From contig JAFZWY010000008.1 in assembly GCA_017617125.1 (NCBI GenBank), forward strand, positions 153,858 through 217,857: 64,000 nt of DNA. The letters run 5' to 3'. The notes under the pieces are model-generated. The model was not told the origin of the DNA. It worked only from the letters and a program-made list of their open reading frames with translations, and did no database searches. Below, piece after piece: positions 49,627 to 59,949 of the stretch. Each line of letters starts with the position of its first letter. Position 1 is the stretch's first letter. The stretch is from Bacteroidales bacterium. GTDB lineage: Bacteria > Bacteroidota > Bacteroidia > Bacteroidales > ML635J-15. Both the position numbers and the translations under genes were made by a program.

Positions 49627-52170
49627 ATGAAGAAGTTAATCAACATATTGTTTGTGATAATTTGCTGTCTTGCAGTAAATTACGCAAATGCCCAACAACC
49701 GGTAAGGCGTACTTGCGAAAACACCGAACTGGAATATACCGTTACGCATGACGATGTAATGTGCGACGGAACTGAGTCCACTGCGATGGTAAACATCGTC
49801 CACGGAGGCGATGGCGTCCATAATACATTCTTTTTCGAATGGTCCACAGGTGCCATTTCTCAGGTGATTCCTATCTATAGTTCGGGTACGTATTCCGTTA
49901 CTGTAACCGACACCTACAACAATTGCTCCCTATCACAATCTTTCAGAATTGAACCCGCACCTGCTGTAAGTGTAACACTCAGCAAGACCGACATAACCTG
50001 CTACGGAAGAAACGACGGAACTATGACCGCACACGTAATTGGCGGTACTGGTCCATTCTCATACAACTGGTCTACGACCATGCACACACAATCGGTAAGC
50101 AACCTTGTCCCTGGCACCTATTCGGTGACCGTTACCGACGACAACCAATGTACAGCAAGAGCTACAGCTTCGGTTGTTGAGCCGACAAGATTCCTTTATA
50201 CCATATCGCCTAACCAGGGAATATGCTATGGAAACGAAGCCTCGATTTCCGTTAACGCAACTGGTGGAACAACGCCGTATTCGTACGTTTGGAACGACGG
50301 TGCCACAAGTTCGAGCAGAATAGTTTCGCCCGAACAAACCACTGCTTATACAGTAACCGTTACCGATAACAACGGTTGTACCAACAATCCGCAGACAACT
50401 ACCATAGTTGTCAGTCAGCCGATAACAATAACAGCCAGCGCACAAGACATAAACTGTCACGGCACTTGCTCGGGTTCGGCAACAATAAGCATCCAGGGCG
50501 GCATTCCTCCGTTTACTTATTCGTGGGAAAGCACAACCGACTATATCGAAAATCTTTGTCCGGGAAGCTACACCGTTAGCCTTACCGACCTGTACGAATG
50601 TACGGGCGCAACATCATTCGTCATAAACGAGCCCGACACCATGTATGTTGCTACACTTTCGGGGCCGGCAACATGTTTCGGATATGCCGACGGATTTGCA
50701 CAAGCTGATGTTGTCGGCGGTGTACCAAACTACACATACCTTTGGGACGACGGACAAACCGATGCTCATGTTTCGATTGGAGCAGGATTCCACACCGTTA
50801 CCGTAACCGACGCACATGGTTGCACGCAATCGAGCACCACTTTCGTCGACCAGCCCGAAGACATATATGTTACCGAGCCAATTCCTAACGGCGGAACAAT
50901 ATGCATAGGCGAAACTTTCCACTCATACGCCAACGCAACTGGCGGCCTTGGCCCGTACGAATTTGTTTGGACAGGACCAGACGGATTTGTATGGTATGGA
51001 CATAATTTCACTGCATCGCCAACAACTAACTCGACATATACATTGAACGTAACCGACGTTAATGGCTGTACAGTAGCTCCAAAACAAATGACGGTAAATG
51101 TCAATCCTCCTATCGAAATTGTTTCGGTAACACAGGAAAACGATGAAGTGTGCAAGGGCGAAGCTATAAGGTTCAATGTTGAAATAAGTGGCGGAAATGG
51201 AGGCCCTTACAGATTGACATCCGAAAATTTTGGAATAATTAACACTCCTTACAGCCTATATCCGCCAGAATCGGGATTCTACAGATTTACCGTAAGCGAC
51301 GCCTGCGGTTCGCCAACAGCGACCGATTCGGTATACGCTCTTGTTCATCCGTTGCCCGATGTCGGCTTCTATTCCGACAAGACTAAGTCTTGCCCTCCGG
51401 GAACATTCCAGTTCTACGAGATTTCGCCCGACAGCGTACAGCAGACTTATTTATGGGATTTCGGTGAAGATATGACATCGACGGCAAAAAATCCTAGACA
51501 GACATTCGAAGAAACCGGCTCATATAACGTATCGCTGACAATTACTTCCGACTACGGTTGCAGCAATACAAAGACAAAGACCAACATGATAATAATTCAT
51601 GATGTTCCAAGAGCCGAATTCACCGTCGATCCCGATGTGACCAATATGCTTGCAACTGAAATCAAGTTCATAAACTACACTCAGGGCGCAACAACCTGCC
51701 TCTGGGACTTCGGCGACGGAAATACAAGCTTCTGGACTAACGAAACTCAGATTCACACTTATACGAGTGCTGGAGATTACACTGCAATGCTTGTCGCAAG
51801 AAACGAGCACCAGTGTGTCGACACCGCTTACAAGAAACTTAGAATTACAGACCTGTTTACATTCTATGCACCGACAGCTTTCACACCTAACGGCGATGGC
51901 GACAACGACTATTTCTACATCAGTGGAAACGGCATAGACAAGGACAACTTCATGCTCGTTGTTTACAACCGCTGGGGCGAAAGAATGTTCCGTACGACTC
52001 GCTTCGACATGGAAATGCCAGAAAGCATGGGCTGGGACGGTACCAACGAAGGCGATGTCACCAAGGGCGACAAGATTGCTACTACTGGTGCATACAACTG
52101 GGTTTGTAAATTCCAGGACTTCACAGGTAAGCCTCACGAGAAAAAAGGTACTGTCTTTTTGTTGAAGTAA
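49627..52170 (+). CDS. T9SS type-B sorting domain protein with SprB-like repeats and PKD domains
   Basis: GGTxPxxYxW...GTYSVTVTD repeats; WDFGDG PKD motif; C-terminal PTAFTPNGDGDND...YNRWGE...WDG. Confidence 0.9.
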   Translation: MKKLINILFVIICCLAVNYANAQQPVRRTCENTELEYTVTHDDVMCDGTESTAMVNIVHGGDGVHNTFFFEWSTGAISQVIPIYSSGTYSVTVTDTYNNCSLSQSFRIEPAPAVSVTLSKTDITCYGRNDGTMTAHVIGGTGPFSYNWSTTMHTQSVSNLVPGTYSVTVTDDNQCTARATASVVEPTRFLYTISPNQGICYGNEASISVNATGGTTPYSYVWNDGATSSSRIVSPEQTTAYTVTVTDNNGCTNNPQTTTIVVSQPITITASAQDINCHGTCSGSATISIQGGIPPFTYSWESTTDYIENLCPGSYTVSLTDLYECTGATSFVINEPDTMYVATLSGPATCFGYADGFAQADVVGGVPNYTYLWDDGQTDAHVSIGAGFHTVTVTDAHGCTQSSTTFVDQPEDIYVTEPIPNGGTICIGETFHSYANATGGLGPYEFVWTGPDGFVWYGHNFTASPTTNSTYTLNVTDVNGCTVAPKQMTVNVNPPIEIVSVTQENDEVCKGEAIRFNVEISGGNGGPYRLTSENFGIINTPYSLYPPESGFYRFTVSDACGSPTATDSVYALVHPLPDVGFYSDKTKSCPPGTFQFYEISPDSVQQTYLWDFGEDMTSTAKNPRQTFEETGSYNVSLTITSDYGCSNTKTKTNMIIIHDVPRAEFTVDPDVTNMLATEIKFINYTQGATTCLWDFGDGNTSFWTNETQIHTYTSAGDYTAMLVARNEHQCVDTAYKKLRITDLFTFYAPTAFTPNGDGDNDYFYISGNGIDKDNFMLVVYNRWGERMFRTTRFDMEMPESMGWDGTNEGDVTKGDKIATTGAYNWVCKFQDFTGKPHEKKGTVFLLK

Positions 52171-52206
52171 ATGTAATATTGAAACGTAATTCGCGTTTTA
52201 TTTTAC

Positions 52207-53730
52207 ATGAACAGAATCCTGACAATATTAATTTTTGCGCTGATAACGATACCAGTGTTATTTTCCTCGTGCCGCAAGAATATATTCACAAAAGATCCGG
52301 CCGACAAACTTATTTTTTCGTCAGATACCGTACAGTTCGATACAATCTTTACGGGAATCGGCAGTACTACCAAGTATCTTATTGTTAAGAATTCGAACAA
52401 AAACAAGTCGATAAACATTGACCGCATTTACCTTGCACGGGGAAGTGCATCAAAATACAGGCTCAACATCGATGGCAACAAGGCGGAAAAGGACTATCGT
52501 CTCGAAAACTATGCACTTGCACCTGGCGATTCTATTTTCATTTTCGTAGAAGTTACCATTAATCCAAGTACCGACGACATGGTGGAGCAGGATTCCATAA
52601 TTTTCGAATCGAATGGAAACATGCAGGATGTCGACCTTGTTGCATTTGGACAGAACGTAACCTTGCTCAGTGGCCGCATGATAACACAGGATACAACATG
52701 GAACGCCGACAAGCCAGTGCTCATTTATAATTCGGCAATGGTAGACACTATGGTCACACTCACCGTTATGCCAGGAGCAAAGGTTTATTTCCACAACAAG
52801 TCGAGCCTATTCGTAAAAGGAACGCTTAAGTCGCTTGGCGAAATCGACAACCGCGTAACTTTCACAGGCGACCGGCTCGAGGAATACTACCGCTACACAC
52901 CGGGACAATGGGGTGCATACTTGCAAGACGAATATGGAAATACACGCGGAGTATACGGAGGTATACACCTGCTTGCCGGTTCGCGCTACAACGAGATGAA
53001 CAACACCGATATTACCAACGCCCTAATCGGAGTGCAGGTCGACTCTGTTGTAACCGCCGATGCGCCTACGCTGAAAATGAAAAACACAAACATAGAGAAT
53101 GCAAAGATTGCATGCCTTTATGCACTAGGCGCACATATTGAAGCCGAAAACTGCGTATTTGCAAATAGTTCGCAATACACTGTTGCTTGCTGGATCGGCG
53201 GAAAATACTCGTTTGTACATTGTACGATGGCAAACTACTCTGTTGGCGTACGCCAGACACCGCAGCTCTCGCTCAACAACTACTACACCTATCGCGATGC
53301 AAACGGCAACGTTCAGACATCGTACCGCGATCTCGAAGGTGCTTATTTTGCAAACTGCATAATATACGGATACAACAAGAACGAGGTCGGATTCGATTTT
53401 GTAAGCGGTGCTGCCGCCAACATACTATTCGACAACTGCCTGATAAAGTACGAAAATAGTTCAGATCTTGTCCAGTCGGCACCAAGTTCCTTTGTCGACA
53501 ACATTTTCAACGAGGACCCGAAATTTTCTTCAACCGTAAAGCCATACCTATATAATATATTAGAAGTTTCGGCAGCAAGGGATAAGGCCAAAGTTGCCAT
53601 TTCGGAAGCCATACCGCTCGACCACGACGGCATAAACAGGATTTCGTACGACGGCAAACCCGACATCGGAGCCTACGAATATATTCCGGAAGAAGAAACG
53701 AAAATGTTTACTATATTCAAAAGGAAATGA
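52207..53730 (+). CDS. Lipoprotein with probable beta-helix domain
   Basis: Lipobox FSSC; FSSDTVQFDTIFT, PGQWG and PDIGAYEY motifs. Confidence 0.75.
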   Translation: MNRILTILIFALITIPVLFSSCRKNIFTKDPADKLIFSSDTVQFDTIFTGIGSTTKYLIVKNSNKNKSINIDRIYLARGSASKYRLNIDGNKAEKDYRLENYALAPGDSIFIFVEVTINPSTDDMVEQDSIIFESNGNMQDVDLVAFGQNVTLLSGRMITQDTTWNADKPVLIYNSAMVDTMVTLTVMPGAKVYFHNKSSLFVKGTLKSLGEIDNRVTFTGDRLEEYYRYTPGQWGAYLQDEYGNTRGVYGGIHLLAGSRYNEMNNTDITNALIGVQVDSVVTADAPTLKMKNTNIENAKIACLYALGAHIEAENCVFANSSQYTVACWIGGKYSFVHCTMANYSVGVRQTPQLSLNNYYTYRDANGNVQTSYRDLEGAYFANCIIYGYNKNEVGFDFVSGAAANILFDNCLIKYENSSDLVQSAPSSFVDNIFNEDPKFSSTVKPYLYNILEVSAARDKAKVAISEAIPLDHDGINRISYDGKPDIGAYEYIPEEETKMFTIFKRK

Positions 53731-54806
53731 AGAAGTTACCTATAATCGCATCGATAATTATTTTTGCCATAGTGCTTGCAGTTTCGTGTAAGACAAGCAA
53801 AAACAGCACCGACGACAAGTTCAACGAGCAGCTTGTCCGCGATTCGTACAGGATAATGTTCTTCAATACCGAAAATCTTTTCGACACCATAAACGACCCC
53901 GAGAAAAACGACGATGAGTTTACTCCTCAGGGCGCAAAATACTGGACTGGGTTCCGCTACAAGCAAAAACTTACAAATCTTTCGAAAGTAATAATAGGTG
54001 CTGGCGGCTGGGAACTACCTCAGATTGTAGCTCTCAGTGAAATTGAAAACCGCAAGGTTGTCGAAGATCTGATAAACAAAACACCGCTTTATAAGTCCGA
54101 CTACCGCATAATACACAAGGAATCGCCCGACGCTCGCGGAATCGACGTCGCTATGATGTACCGCAAGAAGTATTTTACACCTATTTCAGAAACTTTCATA
54201 CCCGTAAAATACCCGTCGAATATCGGTAGCGGAACTACTCGAGACATTATGTATGTAAAGGGTGCTACAAATCAGAACGATACGCTGCACATTTTTGTAA
54301 ACCACTGGCCTTCGCGCTGGGGCGGACAAAAGGAAACCGAGGAAAAGAGAATTTTTGTCGCCGGACTTGTCAAGCATGCTACCGACTCGATATTCAAAAC
54401 CGACAAGAACGCCAACATAATAATTGTCGGCGACCTTAACGACTATCCCACAGACAAAAGCCTTGTCTACGAGTTGAAGGCGCAGACCGAATACGACAAC
54501 ATAAAGAACGACAAGCTATACAACCTATCGTATTACCTGCAGGAAATAAAGAAGCAGGGAACGCACAAATATCATGGACAGTGGGGTATTCTCGACCAGA
54601 TAATAGTTTCAGGCGCATTGCTCGACACAACCCATACGCTCCATACAACAATCGACGATGCCCACATATTCAATCCCGACTTTATGCTCGTTCCAGACGA
54701 GGGATATACCGGCAAACAGGTTTTCCGTACCTATGTCGGATACAAGTACCAAGGCGGCTACAGCGACCATTTGCCAACGTATATAGATTTGTACAGAACA
54801 AAGTAG
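53727..54806 (+). CDS. Endonuclease/exonuclease/phosphatase family lipoprotein
   Basis: NTENLFD, EIEN, NHWPSR, GDLND and GYSDHLP motifs. Confidence 0.9.
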   Translation: MKKLPIIASIIIFAIVLAVSCKTSKNSTDDKFNEQLVRDSYRIMFFNTENLFDTINDPEKNDDEFTPQGAKYWTGFRYKQKLTNLSKVIIGAGGWELPQIVALSEIENRKVVEDLINKTPLYKSDYRIIHKESPDARGIDVAMMYRKKYFTPISETFIPVKYPSNIGSGTTRDIMYVKGATNQNDTLHIFVNHWPSRWGGQKETEEKRIFVAGLVKHATDSIFKTDKNANIIIVGDLNDYPTDKSLVYELKAQTEYDNIKNDKLYNLSYYLQEIKKQGTHKYHGQWGILDQIIVSGALLDTTHTLHTTIDDAHIFNPDFMLVPDEGYTGKQVFRTYVGYKYQGGYSDHLPTYIDLYRTK

Positions 54807-54834
54807 AGAAAGTTCATGGGCTAAAGCCCGTTTC

Positions 54835-54885
54835 AAAAAAAGGAATGTCATTCTGAACTTGTTTCAGGATCTAATTCCTTTTTTT
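54835..54885. terminator. Terminator with a REP-like element in its loop
   Basis: AAAAAAAGGAAT-[GTCATTCTGAACTTGTTTCAGGATCTA]-ATTCCTTTTTTT. Confidence 0.7.
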
Positions 54886-54894
54886 GTTTCTAAG

Positions 54895-55010
54895 TTTGGC
54901 TTACGCCGAGCTAAAGGTTAACTTCGTTGAGGGCTACTTGTGCTGAGCTGCTCCCTGAGCTTGTCGAAGGGCAGTCGAAGTACGCCGTTCATGTGCTGCG
55001 CACGTTTCAA
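54895..55010. repeat. Mosaic of dispersed intergenic repeat modules
   Basis: Modules shared with 29837-29873, 32469-32511 and 56487-56514. Confidence 0.8.
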
Positions 55011-55272
55011 GTTTAACGTTTCTAGTTTTTGGTAGTAGTACGGATATTTGAGGATTTGATAATTTAAACATTGAACTTTAAACCATCCCATTTTTTTTCG
55101 TCCCTAGCGGCCCATTTAAATCGTCCCACAAAAATATTTTCGCCCCACGGAGAAGATTTTCGCCCCTAAAAACCCACATAATGCCCCCTAACTACAAGGC
55201 TTTGCCACATTTTTAATCCCAACTCAAAAACAAGCTATTCCTTTGCGGCAATTTTTTGAAACGAAAAAGGTC

Positions 55273-56532
55273 ATGAACATTTTAAGAAAAGTTTGGTGCA
55301 GGACATATCAGGGTGCATTTCATATGGCACAGCCACTCCTGCCGTATAAGGATCCGGTCGTAAAGCAAAGCATAAACGACATACCCGAGATTCTACTCAA
55401 AAATAATATCACTAATGTAATTTTCGTCACCGACCAGGGCTTGGTAAAGGCTGGCTTGGCAAAGCGTATCGAAGATGTACTTTCTAGCGCCGGGATTAAC
55501 TTCACCACCTACGCTGACACCGTCCCCAATCCGACAATCGAGAATGTAGAGGCTGTAAGAAAACTGTACTTGGAAAAAGGCGCGCAAGGTTTCATCTCTC
55601 TGGGCGGAGGTTCGGCAATGGACTGCGCAAAGGGGGCTGCTGCTCGAATTGCTCGTCCCAAGAAGCAAATCCCGCAGATGCGCGGAATTCTGAAAGTACA
55701 CAAGAAGTTGCCGACAATAATCGCAATCCCTACCACGGCAGGAACCGGCAGCGAAGCAACCGTAACAACCGTAATCACCGACAGCAAAAAGAATTACAAA
55801 TATCCAATCAGCGACTTCTGCCTGATTCCGCCATACGCAATACACGATTATACATTGACAACCGGACTACCGCAGAAAATGACATCCACCACAGGTATGG
55901 ACGCGCTCACTCATGCCGTCGAAGCATACATTGGCGGGTCGCTCAACAAGACATCGGCAGCTAATGCAGAAATAGCAACACTGCTGATACGTAAATATTT
56001 GTACCGCGCCTACACCGATGGCAACGATGCTGAAGCTCGTCAGTACATGCTCGAAGCATCGTTCCGCGCAGGACTGGCATTCTCGATGAGTTATGTCGGT
56101 TATATCCACGCAGTTGCACATTCGTTAGGTGGCAAATATGGAACGCCGCACGGACTTGCCAATTCCGTTCTGATGCCTATAATCCTTCGCGAATATGGCG
56201 AATGTGTATATAAGAAATTGGCACGTTTGGCACGCAAGTCGGGAGTTGTCACTAGTTTCGAAAGCGACGAGAAGACCGCAAAGCTTTTCATCGACTGGAT
56301 TCAGGAAATGAACGACAAGATGGGTATTCCACGTACTCTCAGCGACATACGCGAAGAGGATATTCCCGAAATGGCAGCCTATGCCGATGCCGAAGCAAAT
56401 CCGACCTATCCGGTGCCAAGACTTATGGACAAGAAAGAATTGGAAAAACTGTATAGGCTTGGAATGGTGGGGAATGCGCAATCGCACCCTGAGCCTGTCG
56501 AAGGGCAGTCGAAGGGGCGAAAGCGCGCTTAA
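55273..56532 (+). CDS. Iron-containing alcohol dehydrogenase
   Basis: GGGSAMDCAK, PTTAGTGSE, GMDALTHAVE, HAVAH and HGLAN motifs; start placed at ATG 55273. Confidence 0.92.
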   Translation: MNILRKVWCRTYQGAFHMAQPLLPYKDPVVKQSINDIPEILLKNNITNVIFVTDQGLVKAGLAKRIEDVLSSAGINFTTYADTVPNPTIENVEAVRKLYLEKGAQGFISLGGGSAMDCAKGAAARIARPKKQIPQMRGILKVHKKLPTIIAIPTTAGTGSEATVTTVITDSKKNYKYPISDFCLIPPYAIHDYTLTTGLPQKMTSTTGMDALTHAVEAYIGGSLNKTSAANAEIATLLIRKYLYRAYTDGNDAEARQYMLEASFRAGLAFSMSYVGYIHAVAHSLGGKYGTPHGLANSVLMPIILREYGECVYKKLARLARKSGVVTSFESDEKTAKLFIDWIQEMNDKMGIPRTLSDIREEDIPEMAAYADAEANPTYPVPRLMDKKELEKLYRLGMVGNAQSHPEPVEGQSKGRKRA

Positions 56533-56677
56533 TGAATGGTTTGGATTATCGTCACCTTCACTTCGGCTACGCTCAGTGGGCGGTTTGAGACGACTATGCT
56601 CAGTGGGCGGGATTAGCGAAGCTCAGTGGGCGGAAATTTTAGAATTTTAAACTAACTTTGCAAACAAAACTTAAACT

Positions 56678-58048
56678 ATGAACATAGAACAGATTGTCGG
56701 CACACAAAGAAAATTCTTTGCAACAAATAAGACATTCGACATAAAATTCAGGCTTGAGGCTCTCGACAAGCTGAAAGCATCGGTAAAAAAGCATGAGACA
56801 GATCTTCTCGAAGCCATTCACAAGGACCTGGGCAAGTCGGCAACCGAATCGTACATGTGCGAAGTAGGACTATTGCTTGAAAAGATAACATACACCAGGA
56901 AACACCTGCGTTCGTGGGCGCGTACAAGGCGTAAATGCACACCGCTGACCAATTTCCACGCCAAGAGTATGATCGTGCAGGAGCCTTACGGCATTGTGTT
57001 GATAATGTCGCCATGGAACTATCCAGTACTGCTAACGCTCGAACCGCTTATCGGTGCAATCGCAGCAGGAAACTGCGCCGTCGTAAAGCCGTCGGCATAC
57101 TCGCCCGAAACTTCGGCAGTAATGCAAAAACTGATTTCTGAAACATTTGACCCAGAATACATTGCCGTAGTAACTGGCGGACGAGCCGAAAACGCCGACC
57201 TTCTGGAACAGAAGTTCGACTACATATTCTTCACTGGCGGCGTAACCGTCGGAAAACTGGTGATGGAAAAGGCTTCGAAGCATCTTACACCAGTAACTCT
57301 GGAACTCGGAGGAAAGTCGCCTTGCATAATCGACCATACCGCCAATCTGCGCATAGCAGCACGCCGTATAACTTTCGGAAAGTTCCTCAACTGCGGACAG
57401 ACCTGCATAGCACCGGACTATGTTCTTGTCGAAAAATCGGTACACGACGAGTTTGTGAAACTTCTAAAAGAAGAAACAATCAAGATGTACGGCGAGGATA
57501 TTTTTGCCAACAAGGACTACGGCAAGATGGTGAACCAGAAGCATTTCGACAGAGTTTCGGGACTTATTGCAAAAGAAAAAGTCGTATATGGTGGTCGACT
57601 GAAAGCGGAAACCTTGCAGATAGAACCGACCATCCTCGACAATGTTACGCCCGACGATGCCGTGATGCAGGAAGAAATTTTTGGTCCTGTGTTGCCGATA
57701 ATCGTAATCGAGAACACCGACGAAGCCGCCAATTTCATAAAGAGCCGACCGAAACCCTTGGCATTGTATCTTTTCACAAGTGACAGAAAGGTGGAAAAGC
57801 AGTTTTTGCGCGAAGTGCCATTTGGTGGAGGCTGCGTAAACGACACAATCATCCATATTGCCACCAACAATCTGCCTTTCGGCGGTGTTGGCAACAGCGG
57901 AATGGGTAGCTACCACGGCAAAAAGACTTTCGAGACATTCAGCCATGCAAAGTCGGTGGTGAAAAAATACACCTGGCTCGACATCTCGATGCGCTACCAG
58001 CCGTACGCAAGCTGGAAGGACAAGCTTATAAGAATGTTTTTGAAGTAA
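56678..58048 (+). CDS. Aldehyde dehydrogenase (ALDH3-like)
   Basis: PWNYP, LELGGKSP, GQTCIAPDY, EEIFGP and PFGGVGNSGMG motifs. Confidence 0.95.
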   Translation: MNIEQIVGTQRKFFATNKTFDIKFRLEALDKLKASVKKHETDLLEAIHKDLGKSATESYMCEVGLLLEKITYTRKHLRSWARTRRKCTPLTNFHAKSMIVQEPYGIVLIMSPWNYPVLLTLEPLIGAIAAGNCAVVKPSAYSPETSAVMQKLISETFDPEYIAVVTGGRAENADLLEQKFDYIFFTGGVTVGKLVMEKASKHLTPVTLELGGKSPCIIDHTANLRIAARRITFGKFLNCGQTCIAPDYVLVEKSVHDEFVKLLKEETIKMYGEDIFANKDYGKMVNQKHFDRVSGLIAKEKVVYGGRLKAETLQIEPTILDNVTPDDAVMQEEIFGPVLPIIVIENTDEAANFIKSRPKPLALYLFTSDRKVEKQFLREVPFGGGCVNDTIIHIATNNLPFGGVGNSGMGSYHGKKTFETFSHAKSVVKKYTWLDISMRYQPYASWKDKLIRMFLK

Positions 58049-58055
58049 ATATTCG

Positions 58056-58682
58056 CTACTTCACCGTAGCAGCAATCCTGAAGCCTACCCATGGCTCCGG
58101 CATACTGATTTCCTTGCCTGCCCAGTTGTTACCAAGTGCTGTGCCGTCCGATGTCATTTCGGAAACATTGCCGACAGTGTTGGCTGAAATTCCTTTGGGT
58201 CCTATAAAGTCAGCTTGTGGCTCTAATACGGTACAAGTAGAAGCAAAAGTCTTCCATTCTGCTTCGGTTGGAAGACGGAATTCGATCTTCTCGAACTTGT
58301 GCTTCTTTCCGTCGTTGTATTTGGAGGTCAACCATTTGCAAAATTCTTCAGCCGACTTCTTGTCGATGTTTACCACAGGATGATTAAAGTATGCCGGATG
58401 TGCGTGATACAAAGTTACAAATGGTTCATAGTAACAGTATTTTGTGTGCCATTTTGCCGTGTCGGGATAACATTTTGCATACAAATCGGTTTTTCCACTT
58501 TTATTAAGGTCGGAAAGGAACATTCCGTATAGTTTGTTGCTTATTTCGTATTTCGAAACATATACCGATTCCGATATTTTCACCAACGATTTTTCAATGT
58601 CCTTCATTTTGACATTCTGTACCTTCTGTGCCGAAACTGCAATGGCAGACATGGCGAACAACAAAATAAATACGCGTCTCAT
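58056..58682 (-). CDS. FGE-sulfatase (SUMF1/GldK-like) domain exported protein
   Basis: YEISN, HPVVN, FRLPTEAEW, GNVSEM and VGFR motifs; signal peptide. Confidence 0.8.
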   Translation of the reverse strand: MRRVFILLFAMSAIAVSAQKVQNVKMKDIEKSLVKISESVYVSKYEISNKLYGMFLSDLNKSGKTDLYAKCYPDTAKWHTKYCYYEPFVTLYHAHPAYFNHPVVNIDKKSAEEFCKWLTSKYNDGKKHKFEKIEFRLPTEAEWKTFASTCTVLEPQADFIGPKGISANTVGNVSEMTSDGTALGNNWAGKEISMPEPWVGFRIAATVK

Positions 58683-58880
58683 ATTTCTATAAATTATAAG
58701 GTTTCGATATAGTAACGGAAAAGATTTAGGAATATTGTAAAGTAATGTTAAATTTTTTGCAGTTTTATTATGTTTTCAGTAGGAGCGCTGATTCTCTTGC
58801 CGGCATGGCGAACAGAAAAATTCCAATCAAAACGCATTGTTCTTGACAAAAAAATTATTTTTGCGCCTCATTTTGTTAAT

Positions 58881-59732
58881 ATGAAACGTAATTATTCAAA
58901 ATCATGCAGCGTTGCTCTTATCGCTGCCATCTATATTCTCGCCACAGTTGCCGGAGTAATCCTGTTTATAAAGCTTAACAGCGTGCTTAATTCACCGATA
59001 TGGGCACTTTTCTGTGCCGATGTACTGGCAACGATAGTGGTATGGCTTTTCGGTCTGTTGTACGAAAACGTCTCGGTTTACGACCCGTACTGGAGTGTTT
59101 TTCCGCCTATAGCATTTCTGCTTTGGGGATTTTTTACGCACACATGGTCGATACCAGTCATTTTGCTACTTGTTGCTTCGTGGTACTGGGGATTCCGACT
59201 CACACGCAACTGGGCCATTACCTTCCACGGCATAGCGCACGAAGACTGGCGATACACGCAATATCGCAATCTGCATCCCGTTGTTTTCCATCTTATCAAC
59301 TTCTTTGGATTGAACATGGTGCCGACGTTGGTTGTTTTTGCCGCCATGCTTCCCGGACTTATGCTTTACGAAGCTACCGAAACCGTCAATGTACTTACAT
59401 GGCTTGGTTTTGTCGTTTGCCTCTCATCGGCTACCATTCAGCTTATAGCCGACAAGCAGATTCACGATTTCCGTGCCGCTCACCCTGGTCAATACTGCAA
59501 TGTGGGACTATGGAAACATGGTCGTCACCCCAACTATTTTGGAGAAATACAATTATGGTGGGGTATTTGGATTATGTACGCCTCGCTAAATGGCTTCAAC
59601 TGGTTTATATGTTGTCCGATAGCAATGACTGCTTTGTTCTTGGGAATCAGTGTTCCGTTGATGGAAAAACGCCAGCTGAAAAACAAACCTGGTTATGCCG
59701 AGTATAGGAAGAAAACGAGAATACTTATATAG
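58881..59732 (+). CDS. DUF1295 family membrane protein (steroid 5-alpha reductase-like)
   Basis: YDPYWS, EDWRY, ADKQ and GLWKHGRHPNYFGE motifs; start placed at ATG 58881 downstream of TATTTTTG. Confidence 0.85.
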   Translation: MKRNYSKSCSVALIAAIYILATVAGVILFIKLNSVLNSPIWALFCADVLATIVVWLFGLLYENVSVYDPYWSVFPPIAFLLWGFFTHTWSIPVILLLVASWYWGFRLTRNWAITFHGIAHEDWRYTQYRNLHPVVFHLINFFGLNMVPTLVVFAAMLPGLMLYEATETVNVLTWLGFVVCLSSATIQLIADKQIHDFRAAHPGQYCNVGLWKHGRHPNYFGEIQLWWGIWIMYASLNGFNWFICCPIAMTALFLGISVPLMEKRQLKNKPGYAEYRKKTRILI

Positions 59733-59949
59733 TTCTTGACTTGTTGTAAATTGTTCTGACGTTTTTCCAGAGAAGAACGCAGCTTTTTCCCTATACAAAC
59801 CTGACCTATGTGGCTTAGATCTGTTGGTGTTAGCTTCGTTTTCATTTTTTGAAAATATGCAGGTTTTTAAATTTTATCAACCTCAAAAAAAAATCAACGT
59901 AATTCACATAAAAGTGGTAACTTTGCACCTTAAATTTAAAGAATAAAAT

